Below, piece after piece: positions 25,601 through 39,638 of a stretch of DNA of 64,000 bases. Numbering within the stretch: position 1 is the first letter of the stretch; the number at the start of each line of letters is the position of its first letter. The translations under genes and the position numbers were made by a program. This DNA comes from Eledone cirrhosa (lineage: Eukaryota): positions 258,540,001-258,604,000 of the forward strand of contig OZ024742.1 of the NCBI GenBank assembly GCA_964016885.1, written 5' to 3'. The notes below the pieces were generated by a model. The model was not told the origin of the DNA. It saw only the letters and a list, made by a program, of their open reading frames with translations, and ran no database searches.

Positions 25601-26536
25601 TAGTACGATCTATACGTGGATATGTTACGTCTTGATGTGGGAGCGAAGTATATGTTTTGTTTATTCCTTTACTTAATTGCATAGGTAAGTATATATTACC
25701 CGTATGTTTTGTGAAGGTATGTATACCTTCTCGTACGTATATTTGATTGTTATGGCGTAAAATCTTTTTATATTCTGGTATTTAGGATTTGGCTATGTGT
25801 ATACGGGAGTTTTGCGTCTGCGTGAGTATGCAGGTTCGTACGTATGGTGGGTGTGTGTATATGTGTACTTCTTGTTTTAGTTGACTTACGTCTCCGAACA
25901 TTCGTGTATTTATATGTATGTATGTGTGTGCGCTCGTTATATACGTATTTATTTACTTATATACGTTTATATAATTATTTATTTATTTGTACACAAGCAT
26001 ACACACACACACACATATTTATACGTGCGTGGTTTTGTATACCTATGGTAAGGTGTTGCGTATGCTTGTGTATGTACGTATTTGTTTGCGTGTACGTATT
26101 TATTTATTTCTATTACTTCTGTATTGTATTTATTTACTTTGCTCTTAACTCTGTAGCAGAGATCCATTTGGTCTCCTAGTTAGAATTTTAGTCTACGACT
26201 TCTGCTATACTATTTACGTGGTTTTGTTTTTGCGTGCTATTGTTCTCTACGCTCCACATATGACTTATTATCTTCGTTTTTTTCGTTCATTGCCAGAGAA
26301 CGTCTCTATGCACCACCTAAGAGCACATTAGCCTACGACTTCTTTTACACCATAAAAGTAGTTCGGTCTTTGCGCGTAATTGTTTTTCACCGCTCCTATT
26401 TATGACGTTTTCTATTCATTTTTTCCCGTTCTTTGCCAGGGAACGTTTCCACGAACCAAAGTATCGTCTTCCTGTCTCCCTCCGGTTGCAACGTTTTTTG
26501 AAATATCCAGTTCTGCGTTTACAGATTGACTTTGTT

Positions 26537-26587
26537 AGTTTCAGTAGATCCCGTTAAGGGTGAAAGCAGCGATTCTTTGCTTAAACT
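26537..26587 (+). ncRNA. Hammerhead-like motif in 3' pLTR (CAGTAGA, degenerate)
   Basis: Same stems as 23645-23695. Confidence 0.5.
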
Positions 26588-26601
26588 TTAATCTGTTATT
26601 T

Positions 26602-26676
<75 letters not shown>

Positions 26677-26679
<3 letters not shown>

Positions 26680-27740
26680 TTTCAAAGTTCTTTTGTCACA
26701 TATCAGGGACATCATCAGTGGTATTATTATGTTCCTTCCAGTTGTATTGTAATGTCTACCCATTTTTATTTTATTGATTTATTTATTCTTGTCCCTGTAT
26801 CTGTTTGTGCTTGCGTTTCGTGCGTGTTTTCTGTTTGTTGTGTGTGTTTGTATTCTATCTTTGTTCACTATTGTGTGTTTATGTGTGTTTTGGTAATTGT
26901 ACTTGTGTATATATTTATTTATATTTAATTTAAGTCAGTATTGTGTGTTTGGATATGGTTGCTGTTGTCATTCCATCTGTTTCTTCTGTTCAACTTTGGT
27001 TTTCTTAGTTCTATTTCAGTTGCTTCTCTGATTTGTTTACTTGTTGAGTCATTTCTATGTTTAGATAGTATTTTAATGTCTATGTTGCCTATATTACCAT
27101 CATGTCTTTGTCTGACGTATTCTTATAGAACCGAACCGTCTTTTTGTCATTTTAATCAATGTGTTGGTCTAATCTCTCTCCTATGGTTCAAGGTGGCTCA
27201 CCTGTATATGTCGTTGTCATGTTTCTGCAAGTACCCTCTGTACATCTTATGCTATAGATTACATTTCTAGTTTTACAATTTATTTGAGGGATCATTCTAC
27301 ATATAACACATTTCTTATTCTTACAGCGGCTATGTTTTGCTGAACAGGAATTCTACGGTAGTTCCTACCACTTTAATCATTATATGGGTCATTCTTAGGA
27401 CCACCCTACATTGATCAGCTAATTTCGCGCCAGGGGTAGCATCGACGTACATGACACTCTGGTATCTTTGATTTTCGTACCAAGAAGTGGTTTTCATATC
27501 TTATGTTTAGTCTTATCTAAACTATTCTATCATTTGCTCCTGTATAATGGGCAAATTTCTGTCATGTCCATTTCTATGAGGCTCCTTTGTATACTCTGAT
27601 ATTAACAGTGATTGCCAGATAAATTAACTATGGAGATATAAATGACACAGAAGCGAAAATCAATATAAACCAGTGAGTGTGTTTTATTATTCCTGGCAAT
27701 ATTATTACAATATGACTCTCCCCGAATATAACATTATACA
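26677..27740 (-). mobile_element. Degenerate PLE 3' fragment (family of 46948-48995) with inverted terminal piece
   Basis: 27000-27590 is homologous to 47590-48240; 27605-27740(+) is an inverted copy of the family terminus; HHR-like motif at 26682-26721. Confidence 0.75.
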
Positions 27741-27752
27741 TATATATGTATA

Positions 27753-27829
<77 letters not shown>

Positions 27830-27907
27830 TGTGTGTGTGTGTGAGAGAGAGAGTGTGTGTGTGTGTGTATGTATGTGTTTATGTGTGTGTGTGTATGTAT
27901 ATATCTA

Positions 27908-28768
27908 TCTATATATATGAAATTCTTTGTCTCTCTGTCTGCCTGAATGTTCCTATGCATTCTCAAACGGCTGAACCAAATCAAATCCAATTTTAGAAGG
28001 TACTAGTATTAGACCCCTGGAGTGTCAACATGTAATTTTTATGTTCATTTGGGTTAAAAAATATAATATTTTATCTAAAATACCTTTCTATAGTGAACTA
28101 TAGTAAACCGCCACCACCACCACGACGGACGCGATAACGTCACATTATATATGAGTGTGTATGTGTCTGTGAGTGTGTGTGTGTTTGCGAGTTCGTTGCA
28201 TTCGTTAGACCTCAGAGAATTAAACACTCACACAAATCTATACATACATATACATATGTGATGACAGACAGTTGTGCGTGAATGTTTGTATGTGTATGTC
28301 TGTCTTAGTATATGTATGTTAGAGGGTATGTGTGTCTGAGTGTATGTGTAATAATTTTTATTTTAATGTTATGCCTCAGAGAAAACATACAGATACATAT
28401 ATGATGACAGACTGGTGTGCGTGAGTGTATGTCATCTGAGCGTGTCTGTCTTAGTATATGTATGTGAGTGTATGTGAATGTGTGTGAGCGTATGTGAGAG
28501 TGTATGTGTGTGTGAGTGTATGTGTGTGCGCAACAATTTATTCATTTGGACACCAACAAAATATGACACAATGAATATTGTTTAACCTGAAGTGTTTCAA
28601 GATTGACATATTTTCATTTCTAAATTCTATTGTCATTACAATTTTGATATTTTTTTAAAATATAGATATTTTGAAATAATTATGAGAAAAAAAACATCCT
28701 CATATTTATTGTTTACTAAGCTGCATCAGAACAACAATAACCCGGGCAACGCTGGGTAATTCAGCTAG
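27908..28768 (+). mobile_element. Non-autonomous Helitron
   Basis: A^TCTATATATATG start; 3' hairpin CCCGGGCAACGCTGGG followed by CTAG^T; internal subrepeat. Confidence 0.75.
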
Positions 28769-29185
28769 TATATAATAAAATTGGCGCTAATATAGCATTA
28801 AGCATGATATGGGTGTGTATTAAAGCAGAAAATTCATGTTTATATGCAAAATATATACGCGAACCTCGCTATCAAAGAAATAATTAATAATAATAATTAA
28901 AAATATTTCGTTATTAAGAATTTATTTTCCTCTCTTCAGCCCTGTCAAGATGTAGCTGATAGCTCAGTACCCAGTAAGAAAGCCAGCCAGCTGTCTTAAT
29001 ATTATTTAACCTCTCATGATTGGCATTCAACCTACAAGAAATGAGGTGGAAATAAACCACAAGCCATATACATTATGTGATAAATATTTCCTGGAGTCGC
29101 TCATTTGCATATAGCATATAAAAATATCGGCTTGAAATGCCTATTTGCATATAGTGTGTACATTGTTTGTTATACTTAATTGGTA

Positions 29186-29579
<394 letters not shown>

Positions 29580-29999
29580 TTCTTTATACTTTCACTCGTG
29601 TAGGACACCTCGGTTATTTTTCATTTTGTAAAAAAAACCTCACTTTCTAATATATATATATATGTATATATATGTCAATCAATTTCTAGTTAATAATTTA
29701 CATTGAGCTAATTTTCTGACTGGTAATTGGGTAATACAATATATTACCCTTTCGTATTCATAATTGTATACAAATTATATATATAAATATAAATACTACT
29801 ATTAATTTAATACATATATATATATATATATATATAAGAAATTGGAATAAATGCTCTGAAATAGCGATATATATGTGAATATAGACATAGAATATTCGAA
29901 AATATTCTGTATGTTTATAATAAACATTTTGAAGACCTAATCGCTATAGAATAGAATACGTCACGTATTACAATTAGATTCTCGATAAAAGCAAGGGAA

Positions 30000-30042
30000 G
30001 TAATCTACGCGTTTCATTCTTGTTAGAATTCATCAGGACTAC
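30000..30042 (-). ncRNA. Minimal type I hammerhead ribozyme (mirror copy)
   Basis: Exact reverse complement of 30365-30407. Confidence 0.9.
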
Positions 30043-30364
30043 ATATCCAGTGCTTTTATCGAGAATGACACAGCTAGAGACTTATAGAATACTTAGCTGT
30101 GTACAGGAACTGGTTTGAAAGAGCGGTTGCCGGTCCGGCAGAAATTAGAAATTGGAATAAATGCTCTGAAATAGCGATATATATGTGAATATAGACATAG
30201 AATATTCTATGTCTATATTCACATATATATCGCTATTTCAGAGCATTTATTCCAATTTCTAATTTCTGCCGGACCGGCAACCGCTCTTTCAAACCAGTTC
30301 CTGTACACAGCTAAGTATTCTATAAGTCTCTAGCTGTGTCATTCTCGATAAAAGCACTGGATAT

Positions 30365-30407
30365 GTAGTCCTGATGAATTCTAACAAGAATGAAACGCGT
30401 AGATTAC
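30365..30407 (+). ncRNA. Minimal type I hammerhead ribozyme
   Basis: GTAGTC-CTGATGA-ATTCT aaca AGAAT-GAAA-CGCG-TA-GATTAC. Confidence 0.92.
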
Positions 30408-30527
30408 TTCCCTTGCTTTTATCGAGAATCTAATTGTAATACGTGACGTATTCTATTCTATAGCGATTAGGTCTTCAAAATGTTTATTATAAACATACAG
30501 AATATTTTCGAATATTCTATGTCTATA

Positions 30528-30593
<66 letters not shown>

Positions 30594-30641
30594 CATGTGT
30601 GTATACGTACATACATATATGTATACAGACGTACAGTAGCA

Positions 30642-30699
<58 letters not shown>

Positions 30700-31044
30700 C
30701 AGGTACACATACATATATGCACGTATCAGTTTAGCGGACGCTTATTATAACGCCGCTTTGTTCGTTTGTAAACAAACTGAACAGCCTGAATTTTTATGCC
30801 GTACGGTGTTAAGGCAACCATGTCACCTTTTTGTTCAACACTGACACAGGAACGATGTACTAGTTTCAAGCTTGTTAGCTATCATCAGCACCGTATACCC
30901 ACCTGCCAGATAGTTGAACGTTCGAAAGTATATACTTTCATTATGAAAATTAACGGCTGAGCAGCCTAATTTGCATATCGAGTGCCGTACTAAGAGTGCC
31001 GTACTAAGAGTGAGAAATGAAATTTCGTTTTCATTTTATTTCAA

Positions 31045-31091
<47 letters not shown>

Positions 31092-31348
31092 CGAAGGAAA
31101 TGTGGTAAGGAACCAGGTGGACCATAACGCACCAAAGTACTCAATACTTGCGGTAGTAGAGTGGGTAATAGGAACCAGTAAGACACCGACAGTTGAGCTC
31201 AAGCCGTATCGATATATATATATGCATAGGTATATATATGTATATACATACATGCATTTTGTTTCTATTTACCTGATTAACTCACTCACTCTTTCTCCCT
31301 GTCTCCCTCTCTCTCTCGCTCTCTCTCTCTCTCTGTATATCTCACACA

Positions 31349-31414
<66 letters not shown>

Positions 31415-31599
31415 ATGTGTGTGGAATTGTGTCAGTCTAATAGCATAAGCAATAGAAAGATGAAAGGAAATATTACTTCCATAGTTCAAACCAATGATTT
31501 TTTTCTCTCTTTTTTTGTTTTCTCTTTATGTTTTATACAAAAGTCGTGTTGTCGTAAATTATTTTGAGAGTGACCAAATCATTCCATTGCAAAGAAATT

Positions 31600-32500
31600 C
31601 ATAAAGAGACACCTATATACCAATACATAATAAACTCTCAATTATATACCAATACATATTAAATTGTCACTTATATGTCTATAGATGTTTAATAGTCACT
31701 TATATCTCAATATATATTAGACAGACACTTATATCTTAATACATATCAAGTAGACACTTATTCGTCCATACGTAGTAAACAGACTTACATGTCAATACAT
31801 ATTAAATAGACACTTATTTGTCAATACGTGTTAAATAGATATTTATATATCAAGTTTAAACTGACAAGTGTGTGTCAATAAATATTAAACAGACGATATA
31901 TCAGTAAATATTAAAAAAAGGTTTATGTCAATCCATATTACACAGTCACAGATTTACCAATGCATCTTAATGAAGGATTTATACTAAACATATGAAACAG
32001 TGACTTATATGACAATACATATAAAACATATACTAATATTGCAATATATATTAAACATACACTTATACGTCAATACAATATAATCCTTTAGCATCTACAT
32101 TACTCTATCTATACTAATGCATTTTTGTCTTAGATAATTATCTCATAGAATATTATCTCTGAGATTGTGATGTTATTTATTTTGAGAACAATACATTTGT
32201 GTGAGGAGCCACGCTCAGCCGGTTTGGACAGGGTTGAAGAGGGTTGCTGTTAAAATCAAAGAATTAAAGAGAAACTTGCATGTCAATATATGTTAAACAG
32301 ATAGGAAGGTATCAGTATATGTTAAAACGAAGTCTGTATATCAATACATATCTAACAAATACTTTTATTTCAATTCGTTTTATTAAAAGACATATATATT
32401 AATTCAAATAAAACGGATACTTATATATCAATAGTAATGAGATATTTATATAGCAATACATATTAAGCAATTATTTATATATCAATTCATTTTAAGAAGA
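31600..32500. repeat. Degenerate ~29-30 bp minisatellite
   Basis: Recurrent atgtcaatacatattaaacagacactt-like units. Confidence 0.75.
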
Positions 32501-32836
32501 TATATATATATATATATATAATTTAAAACAATGAAATAAAAAAGTCAAGTCATTAGAAATATATGTCACTGCTTTACGATCATTTCTAGGTGATGATAAT
32601 ACATCGTAACTATACTTCGTTATCGATCTATGTAAGGTTAGTTACAAAATATCAGATAGGGAGAATATTTACTTTCATGCATATCACCAGCCTTTGTCAA
32701 AAGCAATGTTTTCCTTTTAATTTTTTATTGTTTTCCGGGATTTATTTTAACCTACATTTTCAGCATATGGATTACATTCAGTTCTTCATGCAGACTGGAC
32801 CCCACAACGAAGTGTGGATATCTCTGTGCATATATT

Positions 32837-32867
<31 letters not shown>

Positions 32868-32903
32868 GTGTGTGTGTGTTTGTGTGTGTGTTTGTGTGTG
32901 TGT

Positions 32904-32978
<75 letters not shown>

Positions 32979-32988
32979 GTGTGTGTGT

Positions 32989-33065
<77 letters not shown>

Positions 33066-33522
33066 GATATTAACCAGTTACTTATAAGTCAATATATATT
33101 AATATATTGTCAATATTAAACCGATATGTTGATAATAATATTATAAATATAGTTAATACATATTAAACAATTTACAGGTCAATAATTATTAATTTCTAAA
33201 ATTGTCACGAGTTCATCCAATTGAGGGAAAGGTTTCAATTGATTAAATGGACTCCAGTAGTTGATGGGTACTTAATTTTAACAAGCCAGTGAGGTTGACG
33301 TGCAAAATTGGTCTTGATGGGATTTTAATTCAGAATATAAAGTGCCAGAACCATTGACACAATAGCATTTTAGCCAAACATCTACTAATTATGCCAATCT
33401 ACTCCCTTTTATGGTAATAAATATTAAAAGAACATTTTAACGGTTTTGAGATCTTCCCGATAATAATGTTTTTCTCGGGTTACAAATAACTAGTTGAGAA
33501 AGCATTATATTATCGAGACATT

Positions 33523-33712
33523 GGCGGTGGATTGGCAGTATCGTAGAGGGACGGACGGCATGCTTTGACGCATAGAGTGACGGCCCTTGCCATTCTGAGT
33601 TCAAATCCCGTCGAGGTTAACTTTGCCTTTCATCCTTACGGGGTCGATGAAATAAAGTAGCAGTAATGTACTGGGTAATTTCTGACCTTGTGGCAATAGT
33701 AGAAACAATTAT
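33523..33712 (+). mobile_element. Full-length tRNA-derived SINE with 19-bp flanking direct repeat (TSD)
   Basis: A-box TGGCAGTATCGT, B-box GAGTTCAAATCC; attatattatcgagacatt at 33504-33522 and 33708-33726. Confidence 0.92.
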
Positions 33713-34092
33713 ATTATCGAGACATTAATTCATTTCTCAAGGGCACACGTAGCATAACAGCTTTGAGCACAATATGATATCATACAATATGAAAATGTAC
33801 ATACAATATGTAATTGAATAGAAGTTCTTAATAAATCTACTTGGATGCAATAATAAATAATAGATATGTTACATCTAAATTTAAAAATGTAAAGGAAATG
33901 AAATGAAAAATTCTATGCATCGGGAATTAACGTTATTATAAAAACATGTCATTAATTTACTAGTTCAGAATAAATTAGCAATTTTATAGAACTGTGAATG
34001 TAACTAAAGATTTCATAATTGAATTTGAATTATCAATACACATACTTTTCTCGTTTCTTTTGGTAATTAAATGTAATCTTACACACATGCAC

Positions 34093-34151
<59 letters not shown>

Positions 34152-34156
<5 letters not shown>

Positions 34157-34860
34157 ATAATAATAAATTTGGAGAATAAAATCCAAACAGGGCTCGATAA
34201 GGATAAATATATATCAAATATTTAAGAACGGTAGAGCAAATATTTATTAAAATAACAGATTAAAGTTTAAGCACAGAATCGCTTTCTTTCACCCTTAACG
34301 GGATCTTATGAAACTAACAAAGTCAATCTGTAAACGCAGAAGTGAATATTTCAAAAGACGTTGCAACCGGAGGAAGACAGGAAGACGATACTTTGGTTCG
34401 TGGAAACGTTCCCTGGCAAAGAACATGAAAAAACGAATATAATACGTCATTATTTGGAGCGGTGAAAAACAATTACACGCAAAGACAGAACCACGTTTAT
34501 GGTATAAAAGAAGTCGTAGACTAATCTTCTATTAGGTGGTTCATAGAGACGTTATCTGGCAATGAACGGAAAAAACGAAGATAATACGTCATATGTGGAG
34601 CGTGGAGAACAGTTGCACGCAAAGACAAAACCACGTAAATGGTATAACTGAAGTCGTAGACTAAAATTCTAACTAGGAAACCGAATGATTCTCCGCTTCA
34701 GAGTTAAGAATAAAGTAAATAAAATACAGAGGTAATTGAAATTAAATAAATACATACACGCATCCAAATACGTACATACACAAGCATACGCGAAAACACA
34801 CGCCATAGGTATACAAATACACGCACATATAAATATGTGTGTGTGTGTGCGTGTATACAA
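34152..34860 (-). mobile_element. PLE 3' UTR/pLTR fragment (family of 23540-26606)
   Basis: Colinear with 23540-23918 and reverse complement of ~25990-26606. Confidence 0.88.
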
Positions 34861-36109
34861 ACCGTTATGTTGCTCAATTTTATAAGTTTACACAGGAAGT
34901 TGTAAAGGGGGTTAATAACAAAGAGAGGTAATTAAGGTTGTTGATAAATTAAGGACTGTTTTAATATTGTTGTAGTGTTATAAATTAATCTTTATAGAGT
35001 ATATAAAATATAAAATATAATTGGTTACATAATTGTCATCTTTTAAACTTGTGTGGAGGGGGTTAAAACATTTTTTATTTAGTTTGTTATAACTAGATAG
35101 TTTTTACATAGTTAGTATATGTATATATAATATAAGTATATACATATGTGTGAGTATGCATATATATATAAATATATACACACACGTATGCATATATATA
35201 TATATACACACATATATATATGTGATTATATTTATCTTTCAGTGGTGTTTCTTAGGATTATTGCTGTGGTGTGATTTTACTTTTTTTATGGTGCCTCCTA
35301 TACAAAGTGCACCATAAAAAAGTTAAATCACACCACAGCAATAATCCTAAGAAACACCACAGAAAGAAAAATATAGATGAGAAGGAACCTAACACCACAC
35401 TAAACAGGCGCATGAATAACAACCATAAGAAGACTTAAATGTATCAACAAACATACCTAAAGCTTTCTTCTCTACTCTAGACAAAAACTTCCCAACTAAC
35501 CATAAATACCACAACCTATTTAACAAAAACACAATTAAAATATCCTACTCCACCACACCTAACATAGCAGACCATATAGCCAGCACCAACAAGAGAAAGA
35601 TTAAAAAGTACTTCAAATTACACCAAATTAATAATTCCCAGCATATAAATAACCTGAACAATAACACAGTACAAGACCATACAGCAAGTCACACTAATAA
35701 TACCAATAATAATAATAGTTACCATAATCAAAATACTAGAAGTGGGAACAGAAAGAACCACTCAAATGCATACCCCCTTAAACAGTATACTAGTTACCAA
35801 AACAATTGTAATTGTAGGCCTAACAATACATGCGCATTAAATAAGACATGCCTAATTAAAGACATTGTCTACTCCGGTACTGTAACCGCTAATCACATCT
35901 CGAAAGTATATATAGGCTCAACATCAAATAGCTTTAACACCAGATATAATTCACACATTCATTCGTTCAGATACCCTAAACTTAGCAACGAAACCTCACT
36001 ATCCACATATATACACTCATTAAAATCAAGTAACATACCATACACCTTAAAATGGGAAGTGATTGCTAATGCCCCTTCATATTTATAGGCAGCTCCACCA
36101 CAAGTTTGA

Positions 36110-37357
36110 AGGCTGTCCTCCTCCACAATGGAAACACGTTCCCGACACTGCCCTTAGCTCATTCAGTCTGCCTGATGGAAGATTACTAGAGTGTGAAGTC
36201 CTCTTGGAAGCTCTGCAATACAACCAGTACAATTGGGAAATCATTGGAGACTTCAAGATGGTGGCTTTCCTGCTTGGACTCCAAGGGGCTTTATCAAATT
36301 CAAATGCTTCCTCTGTCTTTGGGACAGCAGAGCCACTTCTGACCACTACAAAAGAAAGAACTTGGAGCCAGGAACAGAATTTGTAGTTGGGACCCGGAAC
36401 TTCATGGTTGATCCCGGGATTGTCCTCATGCCGCTACTGCACATTAAATTGGGGTTGATGAAGCAATTTGTGAAGGCTCTCAACCAAGAATCATTGGCTT
36501 TTAAGTACCTTCTTGCGTTATTCCACAAATTTATCTGAGGCCAAAATCAAAGGTGGAATTTTTGTTGGACCTCAGATAAAGAAGGTGTTTGAGTCTACCG
36601 AGTTCTCAAATAAGCTCAATAGGATTGAGAGAACAGCATGGAACTGTTTCAAGGCAGTTGTTAAGGGCTTCCTGGGCAACTACCGAGCTGAAAACTACCA
36701 GCAACTGGTGCAGGATCTGATAAAGGCTTTTGGCGCCATGGGATGCGGGATGTCGCTTAAACTCCATATGCTGGACGCTCACCTGGAAACATTCAAGGAC
36801 AATATGGGCGCCTACTCAGAAGAACAAGGCTAACGAACCCACCAAGATGTGAAAGAGATAGAGCGGAGGTACCAGGCTCACAACAATGAAAAAATGATGG
36901 GGGACTATATCTGGGGCCTAGTGCGGGAATGCGACCTGGACTACAACCGCAAATCCAGAAAATCCAGTCATTTCGGACGTGCATAAGTTGCTTTATAAGT
37001 GTTATTTGTTTTTACTTGTTTGCTTTTGATAAGCTTCTGCAATAAAATAAATATATACTCTGTTGATTTAATAATATGAACTGATACTTTTTTTTTAAAT
37101 GTTTTTTTTCTTGAAAAATATGAAAATTTTGAAATATCAAACTCCTGACCACAAACCCAAACCTTTGATTAAATAATTGTTTCTACTTTAGGCACAAGGC
37201 CAGCAATTACCCAGTGCATTACTGGTACTTTATTTTATCGACCCCCTAAGGATGAAAGGCAAAGTCAACCTCGGCGGGATTTCTTTCATAATAATGGTAT
37301 ATAACAAACCAGGAAATGAAACTTAGAACCGGGGAACACAATATATGGTACACGGTG
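36110..37357 (+). mobile_element. Chapaev3-like (CMC) DNA transposon relic, 3' half
   Basis: GDFKMVAFLLGLQG, KCFLCLWDSRA, LHIKLGLMKQFVKAL, KGGIFVGPQI, MSLKLHML, GAYSEEQG; ends ..CACGGTG where PLE sequence resumes. Confidence 0.8.
37173..37282 (-). mobile_element. Partial SINE inside the transposon
   Basis: Same family as 33523-33712. Confidence 0.85.
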
Positions 37358-37551
37358 TTATATAACTAATATTTTATATTTTATATACTCTATAAAGATT
37401 AATTTATAACACTACCACAATTTTAAAACCATCCTTAATTCATCAACAACCTTAATTACCCCCCCCCCCCCTTTGTTATTAACCCCCTTTACAACTTCCT
37501 GTTTAAACTTATAAAATTGAGCAGCATAACGGTTTACCAACAGCTTAATAA

Positions 37552-37714
37552 CTGTTTCTACTTTGGCACAAGGCCAGCAATAACCCAGTGTGTTACTGGT
37601 ACTTTATTTTATCGACCCCGTAAGGATGAAAGGCAGGGTTAACCTCGGCGGGATTTGAACTCAGATCATAAAGGGCCGTAACTCTTTGCTGCAAAGCATA
37701 GCGTCCGACCCTCT
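37552..37714 (-). mobile_element. SINE with 12-bp TSD
   Basis: acagcttaataa at 37540-37551 and 37715-37726. Confidence 0.88.
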
Positions 37715-38409
37715 ACAGCTTAATAATGGTTAATACAAACCCTAGAAAAAATAATTTGTAGATAAAAAATGCATAAAATAATATACCTAAAATAAGAACA
37801 TGGCCAGTAATTCGGCGGAATTTACATTTAACAAACAAACACCTATTGACTACAAACGACTCAAAATAATCCCACTGTTAATAACTGTGAGTAACAAACA
37901 ACATACACACATACATACGAACTACAACACAAAAACACTTAAATCAAAATCACATACCCAACTCTATCACGTGCTTTGCATTACACCTTACATAACAAAT
38001 ACCTACATTATCACCACATGCCTCTCTAACAAATTGCACACTATCTTAAACATTTATAAAAATTATAACATGCTTTAACACTCCACACAAAATATGTTTA
38101 TTTCAACTGCATTATAACTCTTTCCTCATACATGCATTATTGACTGCATTGACTCCTGCATTATACACCAATTTTCCTTGCTTATAACTTTTTTGCCTGT
38201 GTTTTTTTTGCTTGTGATTTTTTTTTGCTTGTGATATTTACTTATACCTATTACACTTCCAACCAGCGCTGCCTGTAATTGTGTTCTTTCAAGCAGAACA
38301 TCTTTTTAACTTCTGACTCTCCACATGATATCTTTGACACTAATAACAAATATGTACCGTAAATGTTCTAAATGCCTAGGATTTTAGTTACATGTTTCGA
38401 CATTCCTTA

Positions 38410-38456
38410 TGCTCCGATGAATCCAGACTTCCCTCTGGAAGAAACAATTATCAGCA
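38410..38456 (+). ncRNA. Minimal hammerhead (CCGAUGA variant) at PLE 3' end
   Basis: TGCT-CCGATGA-A TCCAGA cttccc TCTGGA A-GAAA-CAATTA-TC-AGCA. Confidence 0.65.
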
Positions 38457-38498
38457 AATAAATGTTCTAAACTAACATTTGATCGTTTTAACACTTTG

Positions 38499-38561
<63 letters not shown>

Positions 38562-38563
<2 letters not shown>

Positions 38564-39375
38564 GAAAGACGTAAAATAAGAAAATTATAAAAATTTACTT
38601 ACTTACTAAAATTTCACTCCAACTAATTAGGGAGATCTGTTCTCAGCTAAGTTCCCAGGCAATGCGTGGACACAGGGAACTTATACAAACATAATTTTCT
38701 TATTTTACGTCTTTCATATAATTGTTCTGCATCCCTTTGCATTGAACCACAAAGTTACTAAAACAAAACCTATATATTTGCTAGCATAGGTAGGCATCTG
38801 TATATATATGTTGGTAGATATACTAATTCTGTATAATTATCTCCAGATTATTTTGTTGAGCAAAAATTTACCAAAACTACTGCTATGGTTCATAGTAATA
38901 GCCAGGCTACTGTCTTATTAGCACCCCCACTCTTCACTGATTGACATCGATGTCACGTGATTGACTCTTTTGAATTCGCCACCGACTAAGTAGGCAGTGA
39001 TTTTTTCAAGGTTCTCGAATTTAGTCCTCGCTTGCTTTTTTCCATCCACTGAATTATTTTTGTATAAGTTCCCTGTGTCCACGTATTGCCTGGGAACTTA
39101 GCTGACAACAGATCTCCCTGATGACGAAAGGATATTTCTCCATGTTGTTCCAATCGGAAACCATTGTTTATTCCCTTTCAGAAACTAATTAGTTGGAGTG
39201 AAATTTTAGTAAATAAGTAAACTTTTATAATTTTATAATTTTCTTATTTTACGTCTTTCATATAATTGTTCTGCATCCCCTTGCATTGAACCACAAAGTT
39301 ACTAAGACAAAACCTATATATTTGCTAGCATAGGTATGCATCTGTATATATATGTTGGTAGATATACTAATTCTT
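38562..39375 (+). mobile_element. Retrozyme-like element, 544-bp unit x ~1.25, with inverted 5' segment
   Basis: tattttacgt at 38701 and 39245; 38562-38689 inverted; homologous to 60316-61230; no ORF. Confidence 0.82.
39114..39198 (+). ncRNA. Type I hammerhead with extended stem II
   Basis: CTCC-CTGATGA-cGAAAGG..CCTTTCa-GAAA-CTAATTAG-TT-GGAG. Confidence 0.75.
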
Positions 39376-39590
39376 TATATATATATATATATTCATATAT
39401 AGGTACATATATATAAACACACGTAGATACATATATTTATATATACATAAGTCTGTGTCTGTGTGTGTGTGTGTGTGTGTATGTGTGTGTGTCCTGGCGT
39501 TTCTGAGTCTCTCTGTCTCTGTGTGGCTGTGCGTGTATGTGTGTTTCTGTGAGTGTATGTGAGTTTGTTTGTCTGAATGCGTATGTATCC

Positions 39591-39638
<48 letters not shown>

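Larger units (their letters stand above)
23540..26606 (+). mobile_element. PLE (probably Naiad-like) with inverted 5' pLTR
   Basis: 23626-23918 is the reverse complement of 26311-26606; RT-EN ORF lies between; (TA)n on both sides. Confidence 0.92.
29837..30531. mobile_element. Retrozyme-like element: 310-bp unit in a perfect 656-bp palindrome
   Basis: Palindrome 29876-30531 centred at 30203/30204; direct repeat attggaataa at 29841 and 30151 (period 310); no ORF. Confidence 0.85.
34860..38500 (+). mobile_element. PLE 3' part with inverted 5' segment, interrupted by a DNA transposon and SINEs
   Basis: 35440-36090 reads FNKNTIKISYSTTPN..CNCRPNNTC..VYIGSTS..LKWEVI; 34860-35030 is inverted relative to 37360-37532; hairpin at 35236-35366. 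Confidence 0.8.

Noticed and set aside
31600-32500. CRISPR-like periodicity
   Set aside because: Degenerate tandem units without unique spacers; eukaryotic context and no cas genes
33523-33620. tRNA gene
   Set aside because: A and B boxes belong to a SINE head with TSD; no full cloverleaf
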